From the NCBI GenBank assembly GCA_965261545.1, contig CBDHDF010000007.1, positions 32,001 through 96,000 on the forward strand: a stretch of 64,000 nucleotides of DNA. The letters are read 5' to 3'. Every line of letters starts with the position of its first letter. The first letter of the stretch is position 1. This document shows positions 39,101 through 49,729 of this stretch, in pieces. The stretch is from Bdellovibrionales bacterium. GTDB lineage: Bacteria; Bdellovibrionota; Bdellovibrionia; Bdellovibrionales; UBA1609. Made by a program: the position numbers and the translations under genes. A model generated the notes under the pieces. It had not been told where the DNA came from. It was given only the letters and a program-made list of their open reading frames with translations, and did not search any database.

Positions 39101-40774
39101 ATGATGCATTTTATTCAAGAAGGTTTTTCATACATTGGCCCCTCTTTTATTCTCCTTGGTCTTCTCATTTTTGTTCATGAATTCGGACACTTTTTCATCG
39201 CAAAATGCTGTGGTGTGCGAGTGGAAGTTTTTAGCCTAGGCTTTGGCAAAAAGATTTTTCAATTTCGCGGTGGTGATACAACCTACTGTATTTCACTGAT
39301 TCCCCTTGGTGGATATGTCAAGATGTTTGGCGACGACCTCAGTGCCCAGGTTTCTGATGAAGACAAAGCTTTTTCATTTCTACACAAGAATGTGGGACAG
39401 CGTATTGCCATTGTTTTGGCAGGGCCTTTAATGAATTTTATTTTTGCCGCCTTTTTATTTACGTGCATTGCCATAATTGGCCAGAGAGTGGCGTCGCCCA
39501 CTCTTGGTGACATTGCCCCTTCGTCTGAAGCTTTTCAGGCCGGCTTTCGTTCAGGGGATAAAATCCACTCCATCAATGAAACAAATATTTATACGTGGCG
39601 TGAGGCTCAAGAAATCATACGTCGCCATACGAATCAACCTCTAAGTTTCACCGTCAACAACTCCTTTACAGGGCCACGGAACTTCAGGGCCACACCCTCT
39701 CATATTGATAATAGTGACATCTTTAGTTGGAGTAAAAAAGTGGGGGGTTTTGGGGGGCTAGGCACCTCATCAAAGGCGCCTCTCGTGGGTGTTCCCAGTG
39801 CAGATAGCTTAGCCGCCAGGGTGGGGATGGAGTCTTTGGATCTCATCACCCACATCAATGGAAGAGAAATTCTTTATTGGCGTGACCTTGGGCCTCGGCT
39901 TTTTGCCGAAATCCAAAAGAGTAAAGAACTTATCTTGACAGTCAAGCCCTATATTCATGGCAAAGATACAAACTCTCGAGATATTTCCTTGGGAGATTGG
40001 GTCCCTGAATCTGTGGACTCTGCTCTCTCAGAACTCGGAGTGGAGACCACAGAACTCTACCTTCTTCAAGTCGTGAAGGGGTCTCCATCAGAGCGAGTGG
40101 GTCTACGCCGTGGTGATAAGCTTATTTCTATTCAAGGAGAGCCCGTCATGATATGGGATGACGTTCTTCGGTCTGTAAAAGGTTTTAAGGATTCGGAGGT
40201 TCCCCTTGATTTTGTCATATTGAGAAAGGGAGAGTCCCAAAGCTTTGTTATCAAGCCTGAAATAAAAGAACATATGAACAGTGAACTGCAAGATGAAAAG
40301 AGATTTATGGTTGGTATTGTCTCTGCCATGACTTCCGTGGGAACTCCACCAATCACAAAGACAACATCAAATCCCCTTGAGGCTATTAGGGAAGGCATTG
40401 AACAATCTTTCCACTGGACCAACCTTGTTGTTCTGAGCCTTGTACGCCTTGTACAAAATGAAATCTCACCCCGTAATATTTCCAGCGTTATCACCATGGG
40501 CAAAGTGGCGGGCCAGTCTTTTAAAGTAGGTCTTTCCCCCTTCCTAAAAATTATGGCAATAATTTCCATCAACTTGTTTCTTGTCAACCTTCTTCCCATC
40601 CCGGTGCTTGACGGTGGGCATCTTATGTTTCTTATTATTGAGGCTCTTCGTGGTGCCCCCATTAGTGTCAAAAAAATGGAAATGGCTCAGCAAGTGGGGC
40701 TTATCATTATGATGGCTTTGATGGCCTACGCTTTATTTAACGATGTTTCAAATCTCCCACCTTGGCCTTGGTAG
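39101..40774 (+). CDS. rseP: RIP metalloprotease RseP (three PDZ domains)
   Basis: HEFGH, GGYVKM, AGPLMN, NLLPIPVLDGGH. Confidence 0.96.
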   Translation: MMHFIQEGFSYIGPSFILLGLLIFVHEFGHFFIAKCCGVRVEVFSLGFGKKIFQFRGGDTTYCISLIPLGGYVKMFGDDLSAQVSDEDKAFSFLHKNVGQRIAIVLAGPLMNFIFAAFLFTCIAIIGQRVASPTLGDIAPSSEAFQAGFRSGDKIHSINETNIYTWREAQEIIRRHTNQPLSFTVNNSFTGPRNFRATPSHIDNSDIFSWSKKVGGFGGLGTSSKAPLVGVPSADSLAARVGMESLDLITHINGREILYWRDLGPRLFAEIQKSKELILTVKPYIHGKDTNSRDISLGDWVPESVDSALSELGVETTELYLLQVVKGSPSERVGLRRGDKLISIQGEPVMIWDDVLRSVKGFKDSEVPLDFVILRKGESQSFVIKPEIKEHMNSELQDEKRFMVGIVSAMTSVGTPPITKTTSNPLEAIREGIEQSFHWTNLVVLSLVRLVQNEISPRNISSVITMGKVAGQSFKVGLSPFLKIMAIISINLFLVNLLPIPVLDGGHLMFLIIEALRGAPISVKKMEMAQQVGLIIMMALMAYALFNDVSNLPPWPW

Positions 40775-40871
40775 GAAGTAAGCTAAGCAAGAATTCATTC
40801 TTCTCATTGGTTCGTAGGTGGAAAAAAATGTTACGCACTATTATAGATAGTAAATAGTGGGAGAACTATTG

Positions 40872-41669
40872 CATATGGTGGTTTTGGCCATAGATACAAG
40901 CACTTCTATGGGAAGCATGGGGTTTTATGAAATCCACAAGGATCAATGGACCCTCCTTGCAGATAAGAACTGGGTAGGTTCTCACTCTGAAGTCATCACA
41001 GAAATTCTCATGGAGTTGCTCTCACAGGCTCAGTTAAAGCTAAAACAATTAGAGAGGATTTATGTGGGGATAGGTCCTGGAAGCTTCACGGGACTTCGTG
41101 TCTCCATCAACCTTGTGAGGACTATTTCTTATAGCTTTTCCATTCCCGTAGGAGCCGTCAACTCTTTAGCCCTTCTGGCTTGGCCCCATGCCCACCGCCA
41201 TGGTCAAGAAAACAAAACACTGAGCCTTATGAAAGCACAGAAAAATATCGTCTACGCTGGTGCGTACGCTTCCATTCAAAAGAATTTTAAGGAACTTCTT
41301 GCTCCCACATCCATGGGGGATACAGAATTACTTGGATATATCGAAAGCCACTTCATAGCCCCTCCTGCGGACCCCATGGTGGTTCCATTAACTTCATCGA
41401 CTCCATTAGTTTCATCAGTTCCATCGGCTTCTTCTGACCCTACACCTCCGATTCTATGTGGTTGGATTCACGATGAGCTCAAAGAGAAAATCGCCCAAAA
41501 GCATTCACTTCAGATACTTACATCCACACCAAGGTCCAGCCATTTGGTTGAGTATTATCTCCTTGGTCCACATAAATTTAAGCCCATGGCTTGGAGAGAG
41601 ATTGTTCCCCTTTATATTCGAGCCTCTGCAGCAGAAGAGATACAAAAAGAGAAACAAAAAATGAAATAA
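40872..41669 (+). CDS. tsaB: t6A biosynthesis protein TsaB
   Basis: LAIDTST, GPGSFTGLRV, PLYIR. Confidence 0.92.
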   Translation, partial: HMVVLAIDTSTSMGSMGFYEIHKDQWTLLADKNWVGSHSEVITEILMELLSQAQLKLKQLERIYVGIGPGSFTGLRVSINLVRTISYSFSIPVGAVNSLALLAWPHAHRHGQENKTLSLMKAQKNIVYAGAYASIQKNFKELLAPTSMGDTELLGYIESHFIAPPADPMVVPLTSSTPLVSSVPSASSDPTPPILCGWIHDELKEKIAQKHSLQILTSTPRSSHLVEYYLLGPHKFKPMAWREIVPLYIRASAAEEIQKEKQKMK

Positions 41670-41805
41670 CTCAAACCTCTCTATGACAAAAGTGTGTGAC
41701 CCTGCCATGTTGCTGTGCCTATAATAAAGATGAGAAAAAGGAAGATAACTTCTAAGAATGAATTAAGAATGAATTAAGAATGAATGGGTCCTATGAAAGG
41801 CTTTT

Positions 41806-42459
41806 ATGACTTCCCCAATTCACCAACAGAGTTACTATGAACTCCTTGAGGTGACAACTTCGGCATCTTTGGATGAAATCCAAAAAGCTTATTCGCGCAC
41901 AAAAAAACTATACTCACTGGATCGTCCCGCCCTTTATTCCATGTTTTCCAAAGAAGAGGCCCAGGAGTTGCTTCACCTTATCGAAACAGCTTATCAAACC
42001 CTTAGCCACAAAATGAGAAGACTGAATTATGATTTAGAGTTAAAAAATAATAGTTTGAATATTTCCAATCACTCTATTCATTCCATGAAAGCAATAAGCT
42101 TTACAGCTATGCAAAAGGAGGGAGTCTTGCCCAAGGGTTTTGCAAGATCCAAAGTGAGTGTTTATGAGGTGGTGCCTCAAACTGAAGAATGGATATCCAA
42201 TGAGATTGTTTTCGATGGGAGTTTTCTGCAAAAGGTTCGAATGTATAAAAATATAGATTTGGAAAAAATGAGCCAGGTGACTTGTATTAGTCGCAGTTAT
42301 TTGGCAGCCATTGAATCCAATGACTTTGAAGCTTTGCCTGCGGCGGTCTTTGTTCGTGGTTTTATCATTCAAATTTGTAAAACGCTTCACTTAAACAGCG
42401 AAAAGATGGCTAACACCTACATGCATTACTTTAACAAGGGTTGTGTTGGGCAAAGTTAA
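41806..42459 (+). CDS. J-domain-like plus HTH_25 (RodZ-like) protein
   Basis: SYYELLEV...AS.DEI.KAY N-terminus; GSFLQKVR...ISRSYLAAIE..DFEALPAAVFVRGFI. Confidence 0.8.
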   Translation: MTSPIHQQSYYELLEVTTSASLDEIQKAYSRTKKLYSLDRPALYSMFSKEEAQELLHLIETAYQTLSHKMRRLNYDLELKNNSLNISNHSIHSMKAISFTAMQKEGVLPKGFARSKVSVYEVVPQTEEWISNEIVFDGSFLQKVRMYKNIDLEKMSQVTCISRSYLAAIESNDFEALPAAVFVRGFIIQICKTLHLNSEKMANTYMHYFNKGCVGQS

Positions 42460-43411
42460 GAAGGTCACCTTGGTGATCCAAGAAGAAAATTCTCAGCAAA
42501 GATTAGATAAAGCTTTGTCATTTCTCCCATCTATCAAAACAAGGTCACAGGCCACCAAGCTTATTCAAGTAAAATCTGTCTTTTTTAAAGGAAAGCCTGT
42601 GAAGGCATCTCATACAACATCTCTCGGAGAAAAGTTTGAAATACTTATTCCTATTTGTGAAAAGTTGAAGCCCTATGAATTTCCCTTAAATATTTTATTT
42701 GAAGACAAAGACATCATTGTGGTGAATAAGCCCTCAGGACTTGTTGTTCATCCCGCTCATGGCCATGGGGAAGACACCTTGGTCAACGCTCTTATCGGTC
42801 GTGGCACCCCTCTTTCCACGGGTTCCCATGAATTGAGGCCAGGAATTGTTCACCGACTGGATAAGGACACCAGTGGAGTTTTGGTTGTTGCTAAAAATAA
42901 CCATTCCCATAGCTTCCTCGGCCAGCAATTCAAGCAAAGGCAGGTGATGCGGTCTTATTGGGCTCTGCTTTTTGGTGAGCCCAAAGTTAATAAGGGTACC
43001 ATTTCAAGTTACTTGGTTCGCCACCCCAAAAACCGCAAAAAATACGCCTCCCTACGAGCTGAGGGACCCTCTGATCAAGGCAAGCTGGCGATTACCCACT
43101 ACAAAACCCTTAAAACCTTTCTCTCAGGATTGAGCCTCGTGCAGTGCCAATTAGAAACGGGAAGAACCCACCAAATCAGGGTTCACATGTCGGAGAGAGC
43201 TCACCCCATTGTGGGAGACCTTGTCTATGGAGGAGGCAAGGCCCTTAAAAGAGTCCCATCAAAAAGAATAAGAAAAGTCTTATCCTCCATGAATCGCATT
43301 GGGCTTCACGCTTTTGAGCTTAAGTTTCAGCATCCTGAGACCCATGAATGGATGCACTTTCAAAGCGACTGGCCAAGTCAAATTCAAGACATTCTCTCTC
43401 TTTTGTCCTAA
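42443..43411 (+). CDS. rluD: RluA-family pseudouridine synthase (RluD-like)
   Basis: S4 domain, VVNKPSGLVVHP, HRLDKDTSG, LETGRTHQIRVH. Confidence 0.9.
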   Translation: MLGKVKKVTLVIQEENSQQRLDKALSFLPSIKTRSQATKLIQVKSVFFKGKPVKASHTTSLGEKFEILIPICEKLKPYEFPLNILFEDKDIIVVNKPSGLVVHPAHGHGEDTLVNALIGRGTPLSTGSHELRPGIVHRLDKDTSGVLVVAKNNHSHSFLGQQFKQRQVMRSYWALLFGEPKVNKGTISSYLVRHPKNRKKYASLRAEGPSDQGKLAITHYKTLKTFLSGLSLVQCQLETGRTHQIRVHMSERAHPIVGDLVYGGGKALKRVPSKRIRKVLSSMNRIGLHAFELKFQHPETHEWMHFQSDWPSQIQDILSLLS

Positions 43412-43625
43412 GTCTGAGACTCGTTCTTAAAACCTGACACAAGAATTGTAAGAGAAAAACCGACAGCCTCCCCATAGAGCTTCAATCCCTTCATGGTAGA
43501 GCTTATCAACATCAGGGGCCTCCTCACTACGGCAACTTTATGAGAAATGCGAGTGAGTTGGGCGAATGGGACAAGTGGCACTATTTTTGCTGATAACACC
43601 TTTACAACATATAAAGGAGGTTGGT

Positions 43626-43850
43626 GTGTCACAAAAATTAGAAAAACAAGTTCAAGAAGTTTGTTTATTGTCCCAGCTTAAAGAGTTTGGACTTAATCCT
43701 AAGGATTGGTTTGTGAATATTAAGGGCTCTGGTGATGCCGTGGAAGTGATACATCGCAGGGACAATGACATCAAACTATGGGGAAACCTATGTTTTGAAA
43801 ACTTGATACTCAGGTTTGCTTTTTTAGAATTGAGAACCACCCACTGCTGA
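43626..43850 (+). CDS. Small hypothetical protein
   Basis: Strong RBS AAGGAGG (43614-20) before in-frame GTG 43626. Confidence 0.55.
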   Translation: MSQKLEKQVQEVCLLSQLKEFGLNPKDWFVNIKGSGDAVEVIHRRDNDIKLWGNLCFENLILRFAFLELRTTHC

Positions 43851-44722
43851 CTACTTACTTAGCCCGGAGGTGTGTCAAAAGGGACTGTAAAAATAATTGT
43901 GTAACTGCAATTTTTTTCTTAAATCTTAAAGCCACTTATGTGGCTCCACTCCTGGTAAAAAGCACAGTCCCATATTATTCGTCAATGTATAATTGACATT
44001 TTTTCCTTCAAGCGATTTTGTCAGTCACAATGCATTATAAGTTAATGGGGAGGTGGACATCTTCGCTGGTCTATATAATTGGCCTCTTTAGTTACTCTGG
44101 ACTTTTGATTGTATTATGGAGCCGTAATGGGATCATATCAGAACTGGAAAGAACTCAAATAAATAATTATCATCTTGGTTGAAAAAAAATCAGCAATGGC
44201 TCTCTCAAAAAAATGGAAATTCCAATCTCATCAAAGGGTTCATGTGTTTAGGTTCCCATACTATATTACCCCCTTTTTTTTATTTTTTTTAACTTAGGAT
44301 ATTCGAGAAATACCAGAATTGGGATGAAATATGAAAAAAAATGGGAACCCAAATCTGCACCAAGAGGGCATGTATTTAGGTTCCCATACTATATTACCCT
44401 AACCATAGTCTCGGTATTCCAGTACTTCTGTCAACGCCTTAGAGGGGCTTTTAAGCCCCCTTATAAGGCAGGTGGTGGACCTTATTAAAAAACTTAGTTG
44501 TCAAAACGGTCACCGTATTCAATGGCAAACCTGTTCATGGCTGGCTTCCAGTTGTGTAATGGTCGTGTCCATCGCTTAGAGGCCATTTTTATCGCTAAAT
44601 ATACAACTTTTAAAGCCGACCGATCACTGGGAAATATCTTACGATTTCTGATCGCCTTGCGGATCACGCTATTTAACGACTCTATGGCGTTTGTGCATAG
44701 GTGTTCGTGGTTTTTTATTCTT

Positions 44723-45967
44723 TCATAGCAAGACCTTTTTAGCCATATTCATTGATGTTTTTCGCCGTCGGTAGTTTGTGTCATAAATTTCATGGGAGAA
44801 TATCTTGATCTTCTCTATCAAAATATTTAAATACTTTTGAGATGAGCTTAGGAGATATTTGATAAAATCAGAGGCTAATAAGACGGTAACCTTAGCAACT
44901 CTTTGAAACGATGTGGAGTCATTTTGTTCCTTATTGAGTTTAGTTCTTCCTATCCTCAAAACAACACTTGATGTGAGGTGAGCCGCTAATGAAGCAAGAA
45001 GAAGACTCTCTATGATATTTTGATCGTTTGAGGTGATCTGATTTGCATTCAAAGAATTCTTACAAGATTTGAAAATAAGTTCACATTGCCAACGTAAACG
45101 ATAAATTGGATATATGGACTCCGCTGCCACATCTAAATTCGTGCAATACCAATGATAGCGTTTTTCGGAGGAATTCCAGAAGCCTACAATTCTCAAACTT
45201 ACCCATTTACCATTGGACAAGACACTGCCTATAAATTCAACAACATCGTTTTTTTTCTTGAGTTTAATATCAGAGAACTCTTTTCCAACATAGTAATCTG
45301 GCAAACCTTCAACAACAGCATCAATAAGAATAGAGGCATTTGACTTCACTCTAGACAAGAAAAATCCTTTAGCTTCATGAATAGATGACAATAAGCCATA
45401 GTCCCAATATCCCAAATCAAAGATGACTAATTTTCCAACGAGTTCCTTTATATCAGGAAAGCACTTCCTATCGTTAGTGGAAGACGGAGTTAATTCGAAC
45501 CAAGTCATTATACCACTGAATAAACTGAAACAAGCGTGCCATTTAATTCCTGCGTTTGTTCTTGTCCCTGGAAAATTCTCAGATGCTCCATCCCAAAGGC
45601 TTATTGTGCTTGAGTCAACAAGAAGAACGTCTGAGACTCCCAGTTGTAATAATATGGCTTTGCTCCCATGAAAAGCTCCATGAGATAGCTTTATCATGAG
45701 CATTTCAACCAGTTTACTCAGAAGCTCTTTTAATCTTTTTCTAGAGAGTCTTTCCCAGAAGCTGTGTCTTTCAATTCTTAATCCTAAATGACTTATCATA
45801 AACCTCCTAATTCCCTCTATTGAATATGTCTTAGAGTCTCCCTGGAATGACAAGACAAGAGCCACAATAAACTCAAGAGGTGGAATGGTTGCCCGAGAGT
45901 CCTTTTCAGGAATAACTTTCTTGAAACATTTTTTGATCGTTTTAAGTGTTTGAGCTTCCGTGCTCAT
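44723..45967 (-). CDS. IS4-family transposase
   Basis: LVDSSTI, IFDLGYW, FFLSRVK, YRLRWQCELIFK (YREK motif). Confidence 0.93.
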   Translation of the reverse strand: MSTEAQTLKTIKKCFKKVIPEKDSRATIPPLEFIVALVLSFQGDSKTYSIEGIRRFMISHLGLRIERHSFWERLSRKRLKELLSKLVEMLMIKLSHGAFHGSKAILLQLGVSDVLLVDSSTISLWDGASENFPGTRTNAGIKWHACFSLFSGIMTWFELTPSSTNDRKCFPDIKELVGKLVIFDLGYWDYGLLSSIHEAKGFFLSRVKSNASILIDAVVEGLPDYYVGKEFSDIKLKKKNDVVEFIGSVLSNGKWVSLRIVGFWNSSEKRYHWYCTNLDVAAESIYPIYRLRWQCELIFKSCKNSLNANQITSNDQNIIESLLLASLAAHLTSSVVLRIGRTKLNKEQNDSTSFQRVAKVTVLLASDFIKYLLSSSQKYLNILIEKIKIFSHEIYDTNYRRRKTSMNMAKKVLL

Positions 45968-46072
45968 ATTTGCCCCCTGCGTTTAAAAAATAAAAATTTC
46001 CTCCAATTAATCTTGACCTATTAAGATACTAACGCGAGAATCATTAAGTCTGTAGATAACTCACTTGTATCT

Positions 46073-46537
46073 ATGCGGATTCATTGTATTCGACAGGAGC
46101 AAAAAATAGCAATGATTTTTGGACTTTTAATATTACTTTCTTTGGGATCCTTTATATCTCTTCTTATTTCCTTATTGGTATTTGGATTTGGTTATTTACT
46201 GGCACTCATCCTCCCATTAACTCAGATGCAAGCATCTTCTTTGTTTTTTGCTTCACTCACACTTTTGGTTCTTACATGTATTTTTATGATGCTCATATCT
46301 CAATTTAAAAATCGTTACTTTCACCAGAATCTAGGAGATATTCTTTTTGATAATTTGGATGAGGATTTGGAAGATGAAAAGCAAAAAAAAATTGTAACTG
46401 AAGATATGTCTGCATCACAGCAGAAAAATGACCAAAGCGAAAAAATTGGAAGAAATCAATCCTGTCCATGCGGAAGTGGAAAGAAATTTAAATTCTGTTG
46501 TTCCCAAAAGTCCACAGTTCTTTCGTTACACAATTAA
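46073..46537 (+). CDS. Membrane protein with C-terminal SEC-C zinc motif (IS passenger)
   Basis: Hydrophobic N-terminal helices, then KIGRNQSCPCGSGKKFKFCC; lies between the IS4-A IRs; start may be 46112. Confidence 0.82.
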   Translation: MRIHCIRQEQKIAMIFGLLILLSLGSFISLLISLLVFGFGYLLALILPLTQMQASSLFFASLTLLVLTCIFMMLISQFKNRYFHQNLGDILFDNLDEDLEDEKQKKIVTEDMSASQQKNDQSEKIGRNQSCPCGSGKKFKFCCSQKSTVLSLHN

Positions 46538-48103
46538 GTCTCTTAAAACACATGGCTTGTCGTGGATATCAAATGTCAATCTGCGTCCATTTCTCAAAAT
46601 ACCATCTATAAATATTTGTATCTATTCAGGGGGGCATGAGTTTACAGAGAGAGATTTATATTTTCTCTGGTAAGAAGGAGCAATTTACCTCTTGAACTCT
46701 GCTACCCCCTGAACAGTTACAAATATTTATAAATCGCCCACTTCCCTCTATGTAAAAAAGGAGGCTTGAAAAGTATTTCCATTAATTCGGAATTAAAATT
46801 AGAAAAAAACCACGAACACCTATGGGCGTTTGTGGTATAAAAAATCTTTCTGATTTCATCCGGATAATCGAAAATAGTGATGAGATTGTCCCAATTCCTA
46901 CGCCAAGACTTTTCAATATTCGGATACTTTGAAGACCACTTGGTACAAAATTCCTCAAGGGCCTTTTCAGCTTCTGTCAGAGTCGTAGAGCCATAAATGG
47001 ACTTGAGGTCTTGGGCGACAGCTTTCATATCCTTGGAAGGAACATAGCGAAGGGAATTGCGGACCATATGGACAATGCACAGTTGTACTTTAGACTTGGG
47101 AAAAGCCGCTGAAATGGCTTGAGGAAAACCTGTAAGACCATCTACAGAAAATATAAATACGTCTTTCAACCCTCGATTTTGCAGCTCAGTCAAAACACTC
47201 AACCAAAACTTTGAACCCTCATTTTCAGAAATCCATAGGCCCAACAAGTCTTTCTGACCCTCCTCTGTAATACCAAGAGCTAGGTAAATCGCCTTATTAA
47301 TAACTCTCTTGTCTTGATGGACCTTCACCACGATACAGTCCAAAAATACGATAGGGTAAGTGCTATCCAAGGGGCGGTTCTGCCAAGCCGTAACTTCATC
47401 AATAACAGCATCCGTCACGTTGGCTATCACTGAGTGGGATATCTCTGCACCATGGTAGAGGTCTTTGATAGCTCCTTGAATATCCCTGGTCGTCATTCCC
47501 CTCGCATAGAGGGTCAGAATACTGTCTTCAAAGCCCTCAAGACGAGTCTTGCCTTTGGGAATGACTTGGGGCTCAAAGGAGGCACTTCGGTCACGGGGGA
47601 CCTGAAGCTCCACCTCGCCTTTCTCTCCCTTTATGGTCTTTCTACTGTAACCATTGCGAGTGTTGGATTTGCGGGTCTCAGACTTCTCATGCCTCTCATA
47701 ACCTAGGTGATCGTCCATTTCCGCATTAAGAGCTGTCTCTAAAACAACCTTCATCAGTTGACCCGTTATGTCGGATAAATCCTTTTGGGTCTTGACGTTC
47801 TTCGCTAGTTCCTTGCCTATTGTCTTGATATCCATTTTGCCTTCTCCTTTCAGGATGATAGTTCATCCTAATATGATTCGGCAGTTACACAAAATAGTTT
47901 ACAGGCTCTGTCAAAATAAGTTGAACGATTTAATCATTTTGTCTTAATGATTAAATCACTAGAAATAATCAATTTATTTTGACACACCTCCTTAGTTTGG
48001 CACATATGTGGTTGAGAACCCATAGTTCTTTGCGCTTCTTATCAAAGCCAGAGATAGATTGAATATTCTTATCACTAAAGCAATTTTTCACAAGTACAGG
48101 AAT

Positions 48104-49520
48104 CAATGCCGTTTCCTTAAGCCACCACACCCCTCTGCCTCTGCGTTAAGCTATTTCTTTTAAAAGAACTCCCAGCGCTTTTGATAGACCTTTCATAGCT
48201 TCTTTTGAAGTGCCTCCTCTTCTCCATTGAAATCTTCATCAGCAACTTTATCTGCTTCCTAAATTTCTGATAGAGCCCCGCAACAAAAAGAGGGATGCTA
48301 TCCATTATGAAATCAAGAATCAGTTTAAAGTTAGGTTTTTTGTAGTCATTTTTTACCAACTGATTCACACTGTCTTCATCCTCATTTATGCTCATTTGAA
48401 TCTTTGTATAATTGAAGAGCCAAAAATAAGAATACAGCTCTTGCAATATTCCATTAAGGCTTGTTGAGTGCCACTGCTCCATTTTCATTGTCGATGTAAA
48501 ATCACGAAATGTCGTTTCTATTTCCCAACGACGAGAGTAAAGAGCAACCATATCCTTCTTGTCCAAGGAGCCATGCGGAAGATTAGTGGCCAAAACAGAG
48601 AACTCCCCAGTCTTTGGGTTTTTATACTTATAGAGATGAATGACCACCCCCTCAATAACCATTTGTGAATACCAACCTGGGCCATTAAATAAATTTACGA
48701 TGGGGATAAAAGTAGAGCCTCGCTTACAACGCGCAATAAAGAAGTTACTGGCTTGAGCATGGGCCTTAATAATCTCTGTAGATAAATAAAGCCTATCGTA
48801 GAGAGTTATGCTATTACTCTCAAAACTACCTATCATTTGAATAGCATTGGCGATTTCGTTGAGAGCGGGAGAAAAGCAAAGATTCTTTGTCACACCCGAT
48901 AAAACGTCATAAGCATGAGATAGATACATACGTAAGAAATGAGTTTCCATCTCATTTGGGCAAGGGTACCCACAATAACCCTCCTTTAAAAGATCTTTAG
49001 AGCGAGGAAGTGCTAATTGGTCGCCATCTATGGCATAGATATAAAAACCATGAAACGTTTTTCTCAATGGTTCGTAGTCTGTAATCAGAGATTCAAAGAT
49101 ATCTTTGAAAAATAGGTAAGAAATACTTTGACGTATCTTGCTGAGACTGCTTTTGACTGGCATGAGAAGCAGGTCACCAAAATGAGTCCATACCGTCTTA
49201 AGAGCGATTTGGTAGCCTTCGTAATTTGTTCCGGAAATAAGATAGATAATGGTAAAAAAGAAAATTTGAGGATTAAATTTTCGATTCCTTTTTTGTTTTT
49301 CTGGATCGACAAGGTGCTCTGGCTTGAAGGAAGAATCAAGTTTTGGTAGAATAAAATGGTCATCTGTGACGCGAACTCGTCATTTGGGGGCTTTCGAGAT
49401 CAATATTGGATTGCATGTGACTTACTCCTTGGTTGAGGGTTGGGTGTAAAATAAAACAAGTCTTATTCTTGTCGATTTATCTAATGATTTCAAGAGATTT
49501 TTCTTAAGGAAACGGCATTG
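48104..49520 (-). mobile_element. IS4-family element B, copy 1 (1417 bp)
   Basis: Perfect 18-bp IR CAATGCCGTTTCCTTAAG; no flanking TSD. Confidence 0.9.
48117..49416 (-). pseudogene. IS4-B transposase with a frameshift near the 5' end
   Basis: ATG 49416 after AAGGAG is out of frame with the long frame (RNRKF...AIDGD, YDRLY, YSRRWEIETTFR) ending at 48117. Confidence 0.75.
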
Positions 49521-49729
49521 AGTCTGGAGTAGATGCCACTGCCTTTCATAGGGTTTCATACGAATGAAAAGTTCTTCTTCAATTTGAGAGCATTCTTTTT
49601 TCAAAAAATCTATTCGATCAAGAATGCGTTGAAGAACAAAACGATTTTCTTCCGTCATCTTTCCCGACAGGGCGTAAGAAAATTCTTCGGTCTTTTGACG
49701 TAAAGACCCTCTGGCAAGAGACATCAATT

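Larger units (their letters stand above)
44696..46824 (-). mobile_element. IS4-family element A with passenger gene
   Basis: 21-bp IR CATAGGTGTTCGTGGTTTTTT; 10-bp TSD GGCGTTTGTG (44686-95, 46825-34). Confidence 0.93.
44494..47835 (-). pseudogene. IS256 transposase split in two (47835-46825 and 44695-44494)
   Basis: NTRNGY, VPRDR, QLCIVHMVRNS...IFYTTNA continues after the insertion as IESLNSVIRKAIRNRKIFPSD...WKPAMNRFAIEYGDRFDN*. Confidence 0.93.
43881..47908 (-). mobile_element. IS256-family element (interrupted by IS4)
   Basis: IRs GGGACTGTAAAAATAATTGTGTAACTGC / GCAGTTACACAAAATAGTTTACAGGCTC; 8-bp TSD TGTCAAAA (43873-80, 47909-16). Confidence 0.93.
43866..47991. mobile_element. ~90-bp palindromic MITE split by IS256 (parts 43866-43880 and 47909-47991)
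   Basis: Rejoined ends GGAGGTGTGTCAAAATAAGTTGA / TCAATTTATTTTGACACACCTCC pair 22/23; inner GATTTAATCATT / AATGATTAAATC. Confidence 0.8.

Noticed and set aside
44241..44399. Two 31-bp direct repeats as a mini CRISPR array
   Set aside because: Only two copies, a 97-bp gap with similarity extending into it, and no cas genes
46717..46824. C-terminus of the 372-aa IS256 ORF
   Set aside because: Read-through into the IS4-A IR; the real C-terminus is at 44695-44494
49085..49363. 92-aa ORF as a separate gene
   Set aside because: Alternative frame over the IS4-B transposase N-terminal region
49422..49727. 101-aa ORF
   Set aside because: Chimera of the IS1634 target duplication (IS110 fragment) read into the IS4-B end
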